DNA of 56,780 nt from Nitrospirota bacterium (GCA_021824065.1 JAKALU010000005.1:1-56780), one strand, 5' to 3'; shown: positions 1-10,192, numbered from the stretch's first letter. A program made the numbers and translations. The notes: a model not told the origin generated them from the sequence alone.

Positions 1-595
1 CATCAGCTTCCTCTGACGGTCGCCTTCCCACATCCCCGCTCAATCTCGTTGCTGTCTCATCAGGATTTACAGAGCATCTTTTAAGGCGCGGATACTCAAG
101 GCTGAGTCCCTGCGTGAATCCCCTGACTCCGAATTTTGAGGCACAGTATGAAACCATCTCTGAGTAAGCCTCTTTGCCTGCTGCGCTTGCGATATTGATA
201 ATCCCCTTCCTGACATAAGGAAGAAATGCATGTGTCATCTTAACAAGCCCCTCGAGGTTTGTCCTTATCTGATTCTCTATCTCCCTGACCAATTGTTTTT
301 TAAAAAGAGAGAACACTCCGATACCGGCATTATTGATGAGGAAATCTATTTTCCCGAATCTTTTCCTCACTTTCATTAATGCAGAGGCAATGCTCCTGTT
401 ATCCATGACATTGAGATTAAGAAGCAGGGTATCAGCAGCCCCCAGTTTTTTGCATTTTCTCTCTGCGCTCTGTCCCCTTGTTTTTCCCCTGTAATATGTG
501 AGCACAACCTTTGCGCCTTCAGATGCGAACCTGTATGCCGTCTCCCTTCCTATGCCAGAGCTCGAGCCTGTTATGAGAACAACCTGGTTTTTCAT
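1..595 (-). CDS. Short-chain dehydrogenase/reductase (SDR), 3' end outside window; not in ORF track
   Basis: Manual translation from ATG at 595: MKNQVVLITGSSSGIGRETA (TGxxxGIG), LINNAGIG, YCASK (YxxxK); GGAGG RBS upstream. Confidence 0.9.
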   Translation of the reverse strand, partial: MKNQVVLITGSSSGIGRETAYRFASEGAKVVLTYYRGKTRGQSAERKCKKLGAADTLLLNLNVMDNRSIASALMKVRKRFGKIDFLINNAGIGVFSLFKKQLVREIENQIRTNLEGLVKMTHAFLPYVRKGIINIASAAGKEAYSEMVSYCASKFGVRGFTQGLSLEYPRLKRCSVNPDETATRLSGDVGRRPSEEAD

Positions 596-639
596 TTTAA
601 CCTCCCTTTTCCTACCAATATTCAGAGTCTATCACAACT

Positions 640-945
640 TTTACTCTTTGACACTTTGATGCTCTGATACCTTGACACTCTTTTTCGCCTTCCGCTCTTC
701 CGTGCTACGGACTTTGGCACTTTCTTGCTATAGAACTGTGGACTTTTTAAATGCTATAATGCGGGGGAAATGAGGGTAGATGGGCGTTGATTTGGATTAG
801 TGATATTGCAAGACCTGACCCCGTCCCTTCACGTCTTCCAGTTCTTTTTAATCAAAATTCCTTCTCCCCGCCCGCGATAGAGCAAAAGTTCCACAGTCCG
901 TAGAGTCATAGAGCAGGCAAGTAAGCAAGTAAGCAAGCACAGAGC
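640..945. repeat. Degenerate 8-mer tandem arrays, partly as an inverted pair, around a CAAGACCTGACCCC motif
   Basis: tttgacac/tttgatgc/tctgatac/cttgacac; ctacggactttggcactt (706) versus aagttccacagtccgtag (886); gcaagtaa repeats at ~917-937. Confidence 0.55.
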
Positions 946-1010
946 CTTTCTATTCTTGACATTCCTCATCCGCTCCTGCTATTGTAATACAAAGTAATAC
1001 CACAAAGGAG

Positions 1011-1265
1011 GTGGCGATTATGCCGTCAAGGCAAAGGGTTGTTATGACATTGTCTGTTCCGCCGGATACAGCCAGAGAATACAGAAAACTTGCAAAGGCA
1101 AAAGGCGAGACCATAAGCCAGCTTTTTAGAGAGGTTTTTACATTTTATAAAGAAGAAAAACTCAGAGAAGAATTCTTTGAACTTCAGAGATACGGCGCTA
1201 AAAAGGCCAGGGAGCTAAAGCTTACCGAAAAAGACATAGAGAAACTGATATTTGAAGGTCGGTAG
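1011..1265 (+). CDS. Ribbon-helix-helix (CopG-like) antitoxin
   Basis: VVMTLSVP beta-strand followed by helices; AGGAGG RBS; overlaps the downstream PIN gene. Confidence 0.8.
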   Translation: MAIMPSRQRVVMTLSVPPDTAREYRKLAKAKGETISQLFREVFTFYKEEKLREEFFELQRYGAKKARELKLTEKDIEKLIFEGR

Positions 1266-1669
1266 TGCTGAAGGTTGTATTCGATACAAATGTCTACATC
1301 TCCGCTTTTATATCTCCCGGCAGCAGGGCTGAAGACGCATATCTTCTGGCTGTTGACGGTAAGATTAAGCTTTATACATCCGTTGCAATTCTAACGGAAA
1401 CCGCAAAGAAGCTCAGGGAAAAATTTTTGTGGGATGATGTTAAAATTACCGCTGCTCTTAAACAAATCAGCAAGGTTGCAACTGTTTTAAAGCCTGTCAA
1501 CAGACTGAATGTACTCTCCGATGCTCCTGACAACAGAGTCCTTGAATGCGCTAAAGAGGCCGGCGCTTACCTCATTGTCACGGGAGATAAGCATCTTCTT
1601 GATTTGAAACAATACGAAGGCATAGGCATTACACGAATCGCGGGATTTTTATATTCTTTTAAAATATGA
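1265..1669 (+). CDS. PIN-domain toxin (VapC-like)
   Basis: VVFDTNV, DNRVLECA, IVTGDKHLL motifs. Confidence 0.9.
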   Translation: MLKVVFDTNVYISAFISPGSRAEDAYLLAVDGKIKLYTSVAILTETAKKLREKFLWDDVKITAALKQISKVATVLKPVNRLNVLSDAPDNRVLECAKEAGAYLIVTGDKHLLDLKQYEGIGITRIAGFLYSFKI

Positions 1670-1676
1670 AGAATGA

Positions 1677-2723
1677 TTAATCGAACACAATCACACTCTT
1701 CAATGAATCCTTTGCCTCTGCTGTAAGTCTGAATGCCTCGGCGGTTTTCTCTATCGGAAACCTGTGAGTGACAAGTTTTTCTGCTCTAACAATCCCTTGT
1801 TCTATCAGTTCAAGCGCATCAGCAGTGTCCGTAGGCCCGCAGGAATAGCTTGTGATTATATTTATATCCTTAAAGTAAAGCTCATTCGGGTTAATCGAAA
1901 GAGTTTCGCCGGGTTTTGCAGGCGTAAAAAACAAGACTTTTCCTCCTGCGCCTACAGAAGCTATGCCCTGCTTCATGGCCTCAGCACTGTTCGGGCCGAC
2001 TATGACAACATCAGCCATTTCACCTCTGGTTAAATCTTTGAAGGCTTCAATCAATTTGCTTTTTGAAGCATCAATAACTTCATCTGCACCAAACTCTTTT
2101 GCTTTTTGAAGCCTGAATGGAATCATATCAGCACCTATTATTTTTTCTGCTCCGTATTTTCTTGCAAGAAGGATGTTTATCTGTCCCATGACACCAAGCC
2201 CGATAACAAGGACAGTGTCACCGCGCCTGATATGAACCCTTTTCAAAGCCTTTACAACACATGCAGTTGGCTCTATCAATGTCCCATCTTCATAGCTTAA
2301 AGTGTCCGGAAGATTAAGGGTATCGTTTTCAAGATTTATCTGAGGAATGAGTATATATTCTGAAACACCGCCAGGTATTATTTTTGTCTCTCTCCATGTC
2401 TCGCACTGTACATAATCTCCTCTTTTGCAGAACCTGCATGTAAAGCACGGAGCATGATGATGTGTAAATACCCGGTCACCTATCTTAAAATTTAGAATTT
2501 CGAATTTAGAATTTAGAATTTCACTGCCAAGTTCGACAATCTCACCTGCTGGTTCATGGCCTATAACCAGGGGCGCTTTTTTCTCTATGTACCAGGGCAT
2601 CACATCTCCCGAGCATATGCCGCATGCCTTTGTCTTAAGGAGGGCGTCTTTTGGCCCAATCTCAGGAATCGGGATGTCCTCGATTCTTATGTCGTTGAAG
2701 TTATAAAGTTTAGCGACCTTCAC
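1677..2723 (-). CDS. Zinc-dependent alcohol/sorbitol dehydrogenase family protein
   Basis: CGICSGD, GHE, CxxCxxC structural Zn site, GLGVMG Rossmann motif. Confidence 0.9.
   Translation of the reverse strand: MKVAKLYNFNDIRIEDIPIPEIGPKDALLKTKACGICSGDVMPWYIEKKAPLVIGHEPAGEIVELGSEILNSKFEILNFKIGDRVFTHHHAPCFTCRFCKRGDYVQCETWRETKIIPGGVSEYILIPQINLENDTLNLPDTLSYEDGTLIEPTACVVKALKRVHIRRGDTVLVIGLGVMGQINILLARKYGAEKIIGADMIPFRLQKAKEFGADEVIDASKSKLIEAFKDLTRGEMADVVIVGPNSAEAMKQGIASVGAGGKVLFFTPAKPGETLSINPNELYFKDINIITSYSCGPTDTADALELIEQGIVRAEKLVTHRFPIEKTAEAFRLTAEAKDSLKSVIVFD
2484..2521. repeat. In-frame 7-mer tandem array (TTTAGAA) inside the dehydrogenase gene
   Basis: cttaaaa tttagaa tttcgaa tttagaa tttagaa, encoding EILNSKFEILNFK. 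Confidence 0.75.
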
Positions 2724-2776
2724 TGGTAAAGCACCTTAAGTAGCATAAGATGAATACTGATTTTCATTTTTTTGAA

Positions 2777-4321
2777 TTAAGGTAATGACTGTACCAAAGT
2801 CCCCTTTACTTTCTCCAGTTCAACAATTGCCTTTGCATAATCAACTGAGGCCTTTTTTTCAGAGGATAATGCCTTTGCATACTCCTCCTGAAACTTAAGC
2901 ACATCATTCATTGTTGCCATGCCAACTCTGAACCTGCTATCCTCTGCTTCAAGTCTCTTTTCTGATGCAATCCTTGTTTTCATTGTTGCTGTAATTGATT
3001 CTGAGGCAAGCCAGAGCGACCTCCATGCCTCTCTAACCTCGGTTGTTATTCTCTGTTCAAGGGTTTTAAAGTTTATATCTGCCTTCTCTTCATCGTATCT
3101 TGCCTTTAGCATATTCCCTTTTGCGCTTCTGTTCCCAATAGGTATGCTTAAAGACAGACCTGCTTGCCATGAATAGTACTTCCCGGAACCAAGTTTATCT
3201 ACTGTATCATTATAGTTGCCATTCAAGCCGTTCAATCCTGTGGAGACAACGACACTGATATCCGGCAATAGCTGGTTTTCGTAGAATTTACGGAGAATCT
3301 CTTTGTTCTTTTTGTTTATGGATGCCTGGCGAATATCTTTTCTCTCGGACACGGCTGTATTTAAAACAGATTCGAGGGATGGTAGTTCCGATGGTCGAGG
3401 CGGCCTTTCCACAGGCGATATCTCCTTATTCCATTCTTTCATGTTCATTATATTCCTCAACTTATCTTCTGCATCGGATATAAGTTTCTTAGCTCTTAAT
3501 AAAGCCTCTTCTCTTAATGCGACTTCTGCCTCAGCTTTGTATAGCTCAACAGGTGCGAGAAAACCTGTTTCAACCCTTGCCTTTGCCTCATCAAAAAGAT
3601 TCTTTGCAAGCCTCAAAGAAATTTCTGCAACCTCAAGCTCATCCCTCGCAGAAACGAGATCCCAATATGTCTTTGATGTGTCAGCAATGACCTGACTGGC
3701 CCTATCGTCCAACCCGAGTCGTGATATTTCAAGAGTATTCTTTGCAACACTCAAGTTGCTCTCCTGTATGCTCTTCCCGAATCCCTTTAGAAGTGGCTGT
3801 GTTGCTGTCAATGTGAGCTCGGATGTGTAATAAGGATTAAGAGTAAGATAAGGTGAATTTCCCCTGAAACGCTCGTTTGTCCATTTAAGTTCATAAGTTG
3901 TGCCTGTATTAATCTTACCTCCAAGTGCGGCCTCTGAAGTAAGTGTGCGTTCTTCCGTCCCCATTAATTCAGATGCCGTGGGGCTTTTCTTATATGCCTC
4001 GTTCATCTGCAGTTCAAGATTAGGATCAAACTCGCCTTCTCTCACTTTTATATCTGCCTCTGCTATTTTCGGATTTAACCGTTCTTCTGCCAGTGACAGG
4101 TTTTCTTTGAGGGCTGTGTTAATTGCCTCGCTGAGGGTAAGTTCGAGTTTCTCGACAGCAGAAGCATGAGAAGAGCAGAAGAGCAGAAGAGCAGAAGTGC
4201 AGAAGAACAAGAGTAGCTTCCGAACTTTTGAACTATTTTTTAATGTGAGATAACCCGAAAAGATTATAAGCATCCCGCCGATAATCGAATTCTCTCCATG
4301 CAATTCATTCAGGAATATCAT
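2777..4321 (-). CDS. TolC-family outer membrane efflux protein (true start uncertain; N-terminus is an EamA remnant)
   Basis: LTLSEAINTALKENL, ATQPLLKGFG, GLSLSIPIGNR, RFRVGMAT motifs; signal-like segment ending HASA. Confidence 0.85.
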   Translation of the reverse strand: MIFLNELHGENSIIGGMLIIFSGYLTLKNSSKVRKLLLFFCTSALLLFCSSHASAVEKLELTLSEAINTALKENLSLAEERLNPKIAEADIKVREGEFDPNLELQMNEAYKKSPTASELMGTEERTLTSEAALGGKINTGTTYELKWTNERFRGNSPYLTLNPYYTSELTLTATQPLLKGFGKSIQESNLSVAKNTLEISRLGLDDRASQVIADTSKTYWDLVSARDELEVAEISLRLAKNLFDEAKARVETGFLAPVELYKAEAEVALREEALLRAKKLISDAEDKLRNIMNMKEWNKEISPVERPPRPSELPSLESVLNTAVSERKDIRQASINKKNKEILRKFYENQLLPDISVVVSTGLNGLNGNYNDTVDKLGSGKYYSWQAGLSLSIPIGNRSAKGNMLKARYDEEKADINFKTLEQRITTEVREAWRSLWLASESITATMKTRIASEKRLEAEDSRFRVGMATMNDVLKFQEEYAKALSSEKKASVDYAKAIVELEKVKGTLVQSLP

Positions 4322-4363
4322 ACCGAAAATTATAGCACTAACTGGTTCGAGATAGCCAAGAAC
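4238..4363 (-). pseudogene. Second copy of the 3' end (42 codons) of the EamA gene
   Basis: Translates VLGYLEPVSAIIFGMIFLNELHGENSIIGGMLIIFSGYLTLK; 36/42 aa identical to 10211-10336. Confidence 0.9.
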
Positions 4364-4370
4364 AGAAATT

Positions 4371-5180
4371 TTATGTTTTTCCTATTGCCAGAATTTGTTC
4401 CAGCAGGCTTGAAATTTCCCTGTGGCCTTTAAGATGATAAGCTGCGAAAGTCTTTTTTGATTTCCCGACCCGTATGGTAATGCCTCTTCTACGAAGCGCC
4501 TTAAAAGCTGTCTCATCCGTTTGGTCATCACCTACATATATAGGCAAACATTTACCTTTCAATCTTTGCAAAATCAAGAGTGCAGCTTTGCCTTTATCCC
4601 ACAATATATCTGGCACCAATTCTAAAACCTTCTTGCCTTTAATTACAGCCGATAAGTTTTTCTTTAAGAATTCATCAACAGTACTATAAAAAATCTTTTT
4701 TACAAGCGGTATATCCGCAGCCTTAACAGAGCGGTAATGGAGGCTCAAGGTAAATTTTTTGTCCTCAAGCCATGCGCCATCTATATCTCCGATCTTGTTT
4801 TTAAGTTTTCGCTTTGCATAATTTATGACTGGTCTTGACTGTATTGCTTTTGGGTGGGTATATCTAATGTCAGGACCTGAGATGTCTAAACCGTGGTTTC
4901 CGCCATAATATATCTCTTTGATTCCAACTCTCTTCGTAATATCAGACAATGCTCTTCCACTTAAAATAAACAGGTAACAATGCTTTGCTTCTGCCAATAA
5001 TCGCAATTGATTTTTCACTTCATCTGACAGAAAACATTGCTTGGGATCTCTCTGGATAGGCACTAATGTGCCATCATAATCTAAAAATAATGCAACCTTT
5101 CTATTAACCCTTAAAAAACTGGATAAATAGTCTTTGCTAAAGAAGTAATATGGCGGAGAGACCCTATCTTGTTTTTCCAT
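4371..5180 (-). CDS. otsB: Trehalose-6-phosphate phosphatase
   Basis: HAD motifs FLDYDGTL, LSGR, GNHG, DKG, GDDQTDE; adjacent to otsA. Confidence 0.93.
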   Translation of the reverse strand: MEKQDRVSPPYYFFSKDYLSSFLRVNRKVALFLDYDGTLVPIQRDPKQCFLSDEVKNQLRLLAEAKHCYLFILSGRALSDITKRVGIKEIYYGGNHGLDISGPDIRYTHPKAIQSRPVINYAKRKLKNKIGDIDGAWLEDKKFTLSLHYRSVKAADIPLVKKIFYSTVDEFLKKNLSAVIKGKKVLELVPDILWDKGKAALLILQRLKGKCLPIYVGDDQTDETAFKALRRRGITIRVGKSKKTFAAYHLKGHREISSLLEQILAIGKT

Positions 5181-7431
5181 TTAACGTTTCAGATGGTCTT
5201 AACCTTGCCAGTGCGGCAATCAAATCTCCTGCCCAACTATAGATATTGTGTTCTTTAACTATAGTGCGCATTCTCTTCGTCCGTTTTGACCTCTCATGGG
5301 GTTCCATGTTGAGCGAGAGATGGATAGCGTCTGCCATTTCCTCTATATCATAAGGATTTACAATAACCGCATCCTTAAGCTCGCGGGAAGCACCTGTAAA
5401 CTGACTAAGAATCAATACCCCATCTTCATCCCCGCGAGACGCAATAAACTCTTTTGCAACAAGATTCATTCCATCGTGAAGGGATGTGACCATGCAGATG
5501 TCTGCTATTTTATAAAAACGGTATATCTCTTCATGACTGTGATGTGCTTTAAGAAATACAATGGGCTTCCATCCCTTAGTCTGAAAACGCCAGTTGACCT
5601 TATCCACTATCTCTTCTGCTTCTGTCATCAAATCACGATACCGTTTAATATGTGTTCGGCTTGGCGCACCAAGTTCGATGAAGGTAAACTCACCAACAAA
5701 CTCTGGATATTTTTCAAGAAATCTCTCGATTGCTCTGAAACGTTCAGGAATGCCCTTTGTATAGTCAATACGGTCAACACCCACTCCGATATATTTTGCA
5801 TATAAGTCTATCTCTTTAAGCATGGTTTCCTTGAGTTCATTTTTGCCCTGATTTGAAGTAATCTCATCTGAAAAGCCTTCAAAACTCACACTGATAGGAA
5901 ATGGCTTTACTATAGTTGTGTGTCCACCCCGTTCAATCGAGAATTGTTCCCAGTCGATCCTTGATTCTAAAAATCTATCAACAGTGTCTAAGAAATTATT
6001 GCAGAAAAACTGTATATGAAAGCCCATAAGGTCTGCTCCAAGCATTCCGATAAGTATTTCCTGGCGCCAGGGGCAGATACCAAAGGATTCGGGGTTAGGC
6101 CATGGTATATGCCAGAAGAGTGCAACCCTTGCGTCGGGACGCTTCTGTTTAATCAACAAAGGAAGAAGGGCGAGGTGATAGTCCTGAATCAAAACTAAAG
6201 GCGATTCTTCATCAGCAATCTCTTTTAACAATGCCTCAGCAAATTTTTCATTTACCTTCTGATAATGAACCCAGTCTTCTAAGCGAAATATGGGACGGGT
6301 GTGAGTGATATGACATAGCGGCCAGAGCCCTTCATTAGAAAAGCCATAATAGTAACCATCTTCTTCCTCTCTGGTAAGCCATATCCTCTTAAGTGTATAT
6401 GCAGGCTCCTCATGGGGGACACGAACTTTATCGTTGTTATCTACTATCTCACGGTCTCCGTCTCCGCCTCCATGGGCAATCCAGATGCCATCACATATCC
6501 TCATCACCGGATCAAGCGCAGTAACAAGTCCGCCGGCAGGAACAATGCATTTAATATTACGCCCCTCTTTCACATGCATGTAGGGTTCTCTGTTAGAAAT
6601 CAGAAACAACTTTTTGCCGCCAAGCTCAGCGCGCATATACTCTTTAAGACGATTCGCTGTCCAGAGGGATTCTGCCTGAAGGCGCAACTTTGCTTCTTCG
6701 TCTGCTCTTGCACGAGCCATTGACAGGCTTTTAGCCAGATGCGTTACCTCTGAAATCAAAGGGGCAAGCACATCTCCTCTTGGGGAAACTACAGGTTGGC
6801 TTATCTTCCCCTTTTCCATACGCAATTCCCTCATCCACTCTGCAATTCGGGCAATAGGGCCTGTGATGCTCCATCTGATTACTAAGAGGGTAATCACAAC
6901 GATCAGTATCGCTAATGTAAAAAAGCGGAGGAGATTATGCGTCCATATTTCATTAAGCCTTACATCTATGTATGAAGCATCATGGAAAAGCACCAGCGTC
7001 CCCGTGAAATTATCTTCTTCTAAAGAAGGAAGGGCATAGAGAAATGTTTCTTTACTATCAATGCGCATGAAGCTGCCGGCAGGTTGTTTTTCTGCAATAG
7101 ATTTCACTGCAAGAGGCAATGGCTGGGGAATTTTTGGTTTGAGATCTGATGTTAATGCTAAAACATTTCCCTGCTGGTCGTAGACAGCCACGCCTTTTAA
7201 CCTTTCACGGTTTCCAAATCGTTCTACGAGACGATTTAATTTTATAAGCGAGTTAGACTGCACTAATGGGTTTACTGATTCCTGAAGACTTTCTGCCAGA
7301 ACAAGAGTTCTTCTTTCCAGTTCATTCACAAGACGGATCTTTTCGCTTCGAACCTGATAGAATGAAAAAACAACAGCCACAAGGGCTATTACAAATAATA
7401 GAGAAACTATAAGGCGGATTGTGATTTTCAT
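5164..7431 (-). CDS. otsA: Trehalose-6-phosphate synthase with N-terminal TM-periplasmic-TM-HAMP-like extension
   Basis: SNREP, GGLVTAL, QDYHL, FWHIPWP, GVDRIDYTKGI, DGMNLVAKE; two hydrophobic helices in the first ~190 aa. Confidence 0.92.
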   Translation of the reverse strand: MKITIRLIVSLLFVIALVAVVFSFYQVRSEKIRLVNELERRTLVLAESLQESVNPLVQSNSLIKLNRLVERFGNRERLKGVAVYDQQGNVLALTSDLKPKIPQPLPLAVKSIAEKQPAGSFMRIDSKETFLYALPSLEEDNFTGTLVLFHDASYIDVRLNEIWTHNLLRFFTLAILIVVITLLVIRWSITGPIARIAEWMRELRMEKGKISQPVVSPRGDVLAPLISEVTHLAKSLSMARARADEEAKLRLQAESLWTANRLKEYMRAELGGKKLFLISNREPYMHVKEGRNIKCIVPAGGLVTALDPVMRICDGIWIAHGGGDGDREIVDNNDKVRVPHEEPAYTLKRIWLTREEEDGYYYGFSNEGLWPLCHITHTRPIFRLEDWVHYQKVNEKFAEALLKEIADEESPLVLIQDYHLALLPLLIKQKRPDARVALFWHIPWPNPESFGICPWRQEILIGMLGADLMGFHIQFFCNNFLDTVDRFLESRIDWEQFSIERGGHTTIVKPFPISVSFEGFSDEITSNQGKNELKETMLKEIDLYAKYIGVGVDRIDYTKGIPERFRAIERFLEKYPEFVGEFTFIELGAPSRTHIKRYRDLMTEAEEIVDKVNWRFQTKGWKPIVFLKAHHSHEEIYRFYKIADICMVTSLHDGMNLVAKEFIASRGDEDGVLILSQFTGASRELKDAVIVNPYDIEEMADAIHLSLNMEPHERSKRTKRMRTIVKEHNIYSWAGDLIAALARLRPSETLNGKTR

Positions 7432-7527
7432 GCTAAAACTCTATCATACTCCTCTCTCTATTTTTCCATTTTATACTAAGCCTATAATCTTTATTTAATT
7501 TTAGCTATAGCCGCTGTATCTAATTTA

Positions 7528-8805
7528 TCACAAGTAAATCGAATCAGAAGGATAATATAGCGAAATAAAAAGGAGCAGGTAGTCTTTGAGGTGGCGTGTT
7601 ATTAAAAAGTTTTGTCTTACATGTTCCCGTGCATTTTTACCGAGCCATGCAGCATATTCCTTGTTGCTGAGGAGTCTTTTTACTGCATACGCAGCCCCTT
7701 CAACACTATGGCAGAGCAAGCCCGTAAGTTTATCCTTGACCTGAAGCTGAATTCCTCCTACAGCAGAGGCTACAACAGGTTTCCCTTTCCACAGGGCTTC
7801 AGTTACAGTAAGTCCAAAACCTTCTTTTATTGATTTTTGCAAAATTACAGTAGCTGCTTGCTGCAGGGCATTGATCTCTATGTCACTTTCCGGAGGAATG
7901 AGCAATATGTGTATATCAGGGTTACCAGATGCCCGTTCCCTTACCTCTTTTAACACCTTTTCGGATTCAGGGTCATCAGTTGCTGTGCCTCCTGCCAGAA
8001 TAAGCTGGCAGTCTATACTCTTTCTTACCATCTCAAATGCCTGTATCACGCCAAGGGGATCCTTCAGATAATCAAACCGCGAAATCTGGGCAATAATAGG
8101 TTTGTCTCTATCCAGATCATATTTGCTCAACACAGAATCAATAACCTCTGGTGGGAGTTCTTTGTTTTTGTCACTCAGAGGGTCTATAGACGGAGAAATC
8201 ATAAATTGGCGGACAGGCAACTGCTGTGTAAAGTTAGGGGCTGAGAAAATAGCGGCGTCATATTCTATTACAAAATTCCGTAAAAAATCCCAAACTCTCT
8301 TATCAGGATTAGACACATCAATGTGGCACCGCCATATCCATTTCCCTTCAAGCTCTTTTTTCTTGGCTATCAGAGCTACAGGCTGAGGGTCATGAATAAA
8401 GAAAATGTCTCCCTGAAACCTTAATCCCTCGATATTCTTTTTATTCACTTCTAAGAATAGAGAGAAATCTTCTGAGGAGATATCTTCCTTTCTGCCGTGA
8501 AGCGCATTATGAAATTTTTTTGTTACATCAAAGAAATCTTTATGCCCCTTGATGGTTGTCCACTGAGCATCAACCCCGAGCTGATTCAATAAAGGCACCA
8601 TGCGCGTAAGTATCTCAGCCACACCCCCACCTGTGAATGTTGAATTTATATTCTGTATGATTTTTCCTGATAACCGCTCGGCAAGTGCCCTGAGTTCTTC
8701 AATGGTGCTTCTTCCTACAATAGGCACATAGTCCTGTATTTTAGCCTTTGGATGGTGAAATATCGCTTTTTCCAAATCGGTTCTCCTACTTAATACGTTC
8801 TTCAA
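7528..8805 (-). CDS. treT: Trehalose glycosyltransferring synthase (GT4)
   Basis: NSTFTGGGVAEIL, HDPQP, WIWRCHID, SRFDYLKDP, EGFGLTVTEA. Confidence 0.88.
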   Translation of the reverse strand: MKNVLSRRTDLEKAIFHHPKAKIQDYVPIVGRSTIEELRALAERLSGKIIQNINSTFTGGGVAEILTRMVPLLNQLGVDAQWTTIKGHKDFFDVTKKFHNALHGRKEDISSEDFSLFLEVNKKNIEGLRFQGDIFFIHDPQPVALIAKKKELEGKWIWRCHIDVSNPDKRVWDFLRNFVIEYDAAIFSAPNFTQQLPVRQFMISPSIDPLSDKNKELPPEVIDSVLSKYDLDRDKPIIAQISRFDYLKDPLGVIQAFEMVRKSIDCQLILAGGTATDDPESEKVLKEVRERASGNPDIHILLIPPESDIEINALQQAATVILQKSIKEGFGLTVTEALWKGKPVVASAVGGIQLQVKDKLTGLLCHSVEGAAYAVKRLLSNKEYAAWLGKNAREHVRQNFLITRHLKDYLLLFISLYYPSDSIYL

Positions 8806-10165
8806 TAAGTTGAATTATTATAGACCTCAAGTCTTCTATCGTATAGTTATAAGGGTCAAGTGCGGCGATCTTATCAGATAGTTCTCTTTCATCGAGACTA
8901 TCCTGAAACCAGATAGAAAAGTCATTAACTCCTCTATGCAGTCTTAACCTTGACTCAAAGATATGAAAGTAAAGAGAATTAATACTCACCTTACGAAGAG
9001 CTTCCACAAATTCCCTTAAGTCATGGGCAATATAGGGAGTAGTCAAAACTACACTTACAGATTTAATAAAATGGAATTCCCTTCCTTCAAACGCTGACCG
9101 CCCATCCCCCCTTGTTGACAGCGCGTCATTGATAACAGCCATGATTCTTTCTCTGAGTTCGCCGATTGTAGAGAATTCAAAGGTATCTATATTGGATAGC
9201 TTCTCTGCAAGAATCTCATCACCGATGACATCGCTGACCCACAATGCAAACTCATTGGCTGGCTGAGGGGTGAGATATTGATATTCTTCTATAAAACTGT
9301 GAGTATGGTAATAAACTACCGAGTCAGGAACATCTTTTAATATATTAACAAGCTCTGATAGATTTTTTGCCTTAAGTCCTGTCAGTTCTTTTATATGCAG
9401 CCGTGTATAAAAACGGAATGGTTGTGTCGCCTTCTTAAGAGGCTCTCTGTAAGCGGTGACTGTAGTTTTTGTAAACTTACTGTTCGGCACAAGGATGATT
9501 TTATCATCAGGAGCCTTAATCTGAATATTCCTCCATGTTATATCAGAAACATAACCTTCCTCACCTGATTCAAGTTTGATATAATTGCCTACCTTGATTA
9601 GGTCACCAAAAATCAATTGAAATCCAGAGAAAATATTAAGTATTTCATTACGAGAAGCCAGAACAGCTACTAATAATCCTATGGTCAACACCAGAACTAA
9701 CGGCGTAGTAGGCACTACCCAGATGTCAAGCAATATCAATACTCCTGCAACAACAAAGGTAATCCTCACTGCATTGATTATCAGAGATGTTGGAAAGGTA
9801 AAAGGTGCTTTTATCTTCTGTAGATAGAATTGAAGTAATTTTACAGCAAGACTGGCAACTGTCCAGATTAAAGAGATAATGAAAATACTCCCCAGGATTT
9901 TTCCGGTTAATGCCTTGCCATTCAACGATAATGTTGAGACTTGGATAGCTGTATAAGCGCCTAATATGAGACACCATTGAAAAAATGGAGTCCTGACTGT
10001 CTGAAGGAGTATCTCACTTCCTTCCCACTTAGTCTTAACAAACAATCCATCAAGATAATTGTAGAGTGTTCTCCTTGCCCAGATGGCAACCACAAAGAAA
10101 GCCAAAAAGACAATAGCCGGCACTGTTATTGAGAGCCAATTTTCATTTAACCATTCAATAATCAT
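8786..10165 (-). CDS. MscS small mechanosensitive channel fused to a C-terminal DUF5752 (TreT-associated) domain
   Basis: TM helices, NIFSGFQL, GNYIKLESGEEGYV, VPNSK; C-terminal half has two repeats YYHTH..NEFALW and YFHIFE..NDFSIW. Confidence 0.8.
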   Translation of the reverse strand: MIIEWLNENWLSITVPAIVFLAFFVVAIWARRTLYNYLDGLFVKTKWEGSEILLQTVRTPFFQWCLILGAYTAIQVSTLSLNGKALTGKILGSIFIISLIWTVASLAVKLLQFYLQKIKAPFTFPTSLIINAVRITFVVAGVLILLDIWVVPTTPLVLVLTIGLLVAVLASRNEILNIFSGFQLIFGDLIKVGNYIKLESGEEGYVSDITWRNIQIKAPDDKIILVPNSKFTKTTVTAYREPLKKATQPFRFYTRLHIKELTGLKAKNLSELVNILKDVPDSVVYYHTHSFIEEYQYLTPQPANEFALWVSDVIGDEILAEKLSNIDTFEFSTIGELRERIMAVINDALSTRGDGRSAFEGREFHFIKSVSVVLTTPYIAHDLREFVEALRKVSINSLYFHIFESRLRLHRGVNDFSIWFQDSLDERELSDKIAALDPYNYTIEDLRSIIIQLIEERIK

Positions 10166-10192
10166 AATTTATGGACAGACGCTAAATAGTCA

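Noticed and set aside
760-875. GC-richer intergenic stretch considered as a tRNA or ncRNA
   Set aside because: No cloverleaf, T-loop or CCA recognised; only repeat-like motifs
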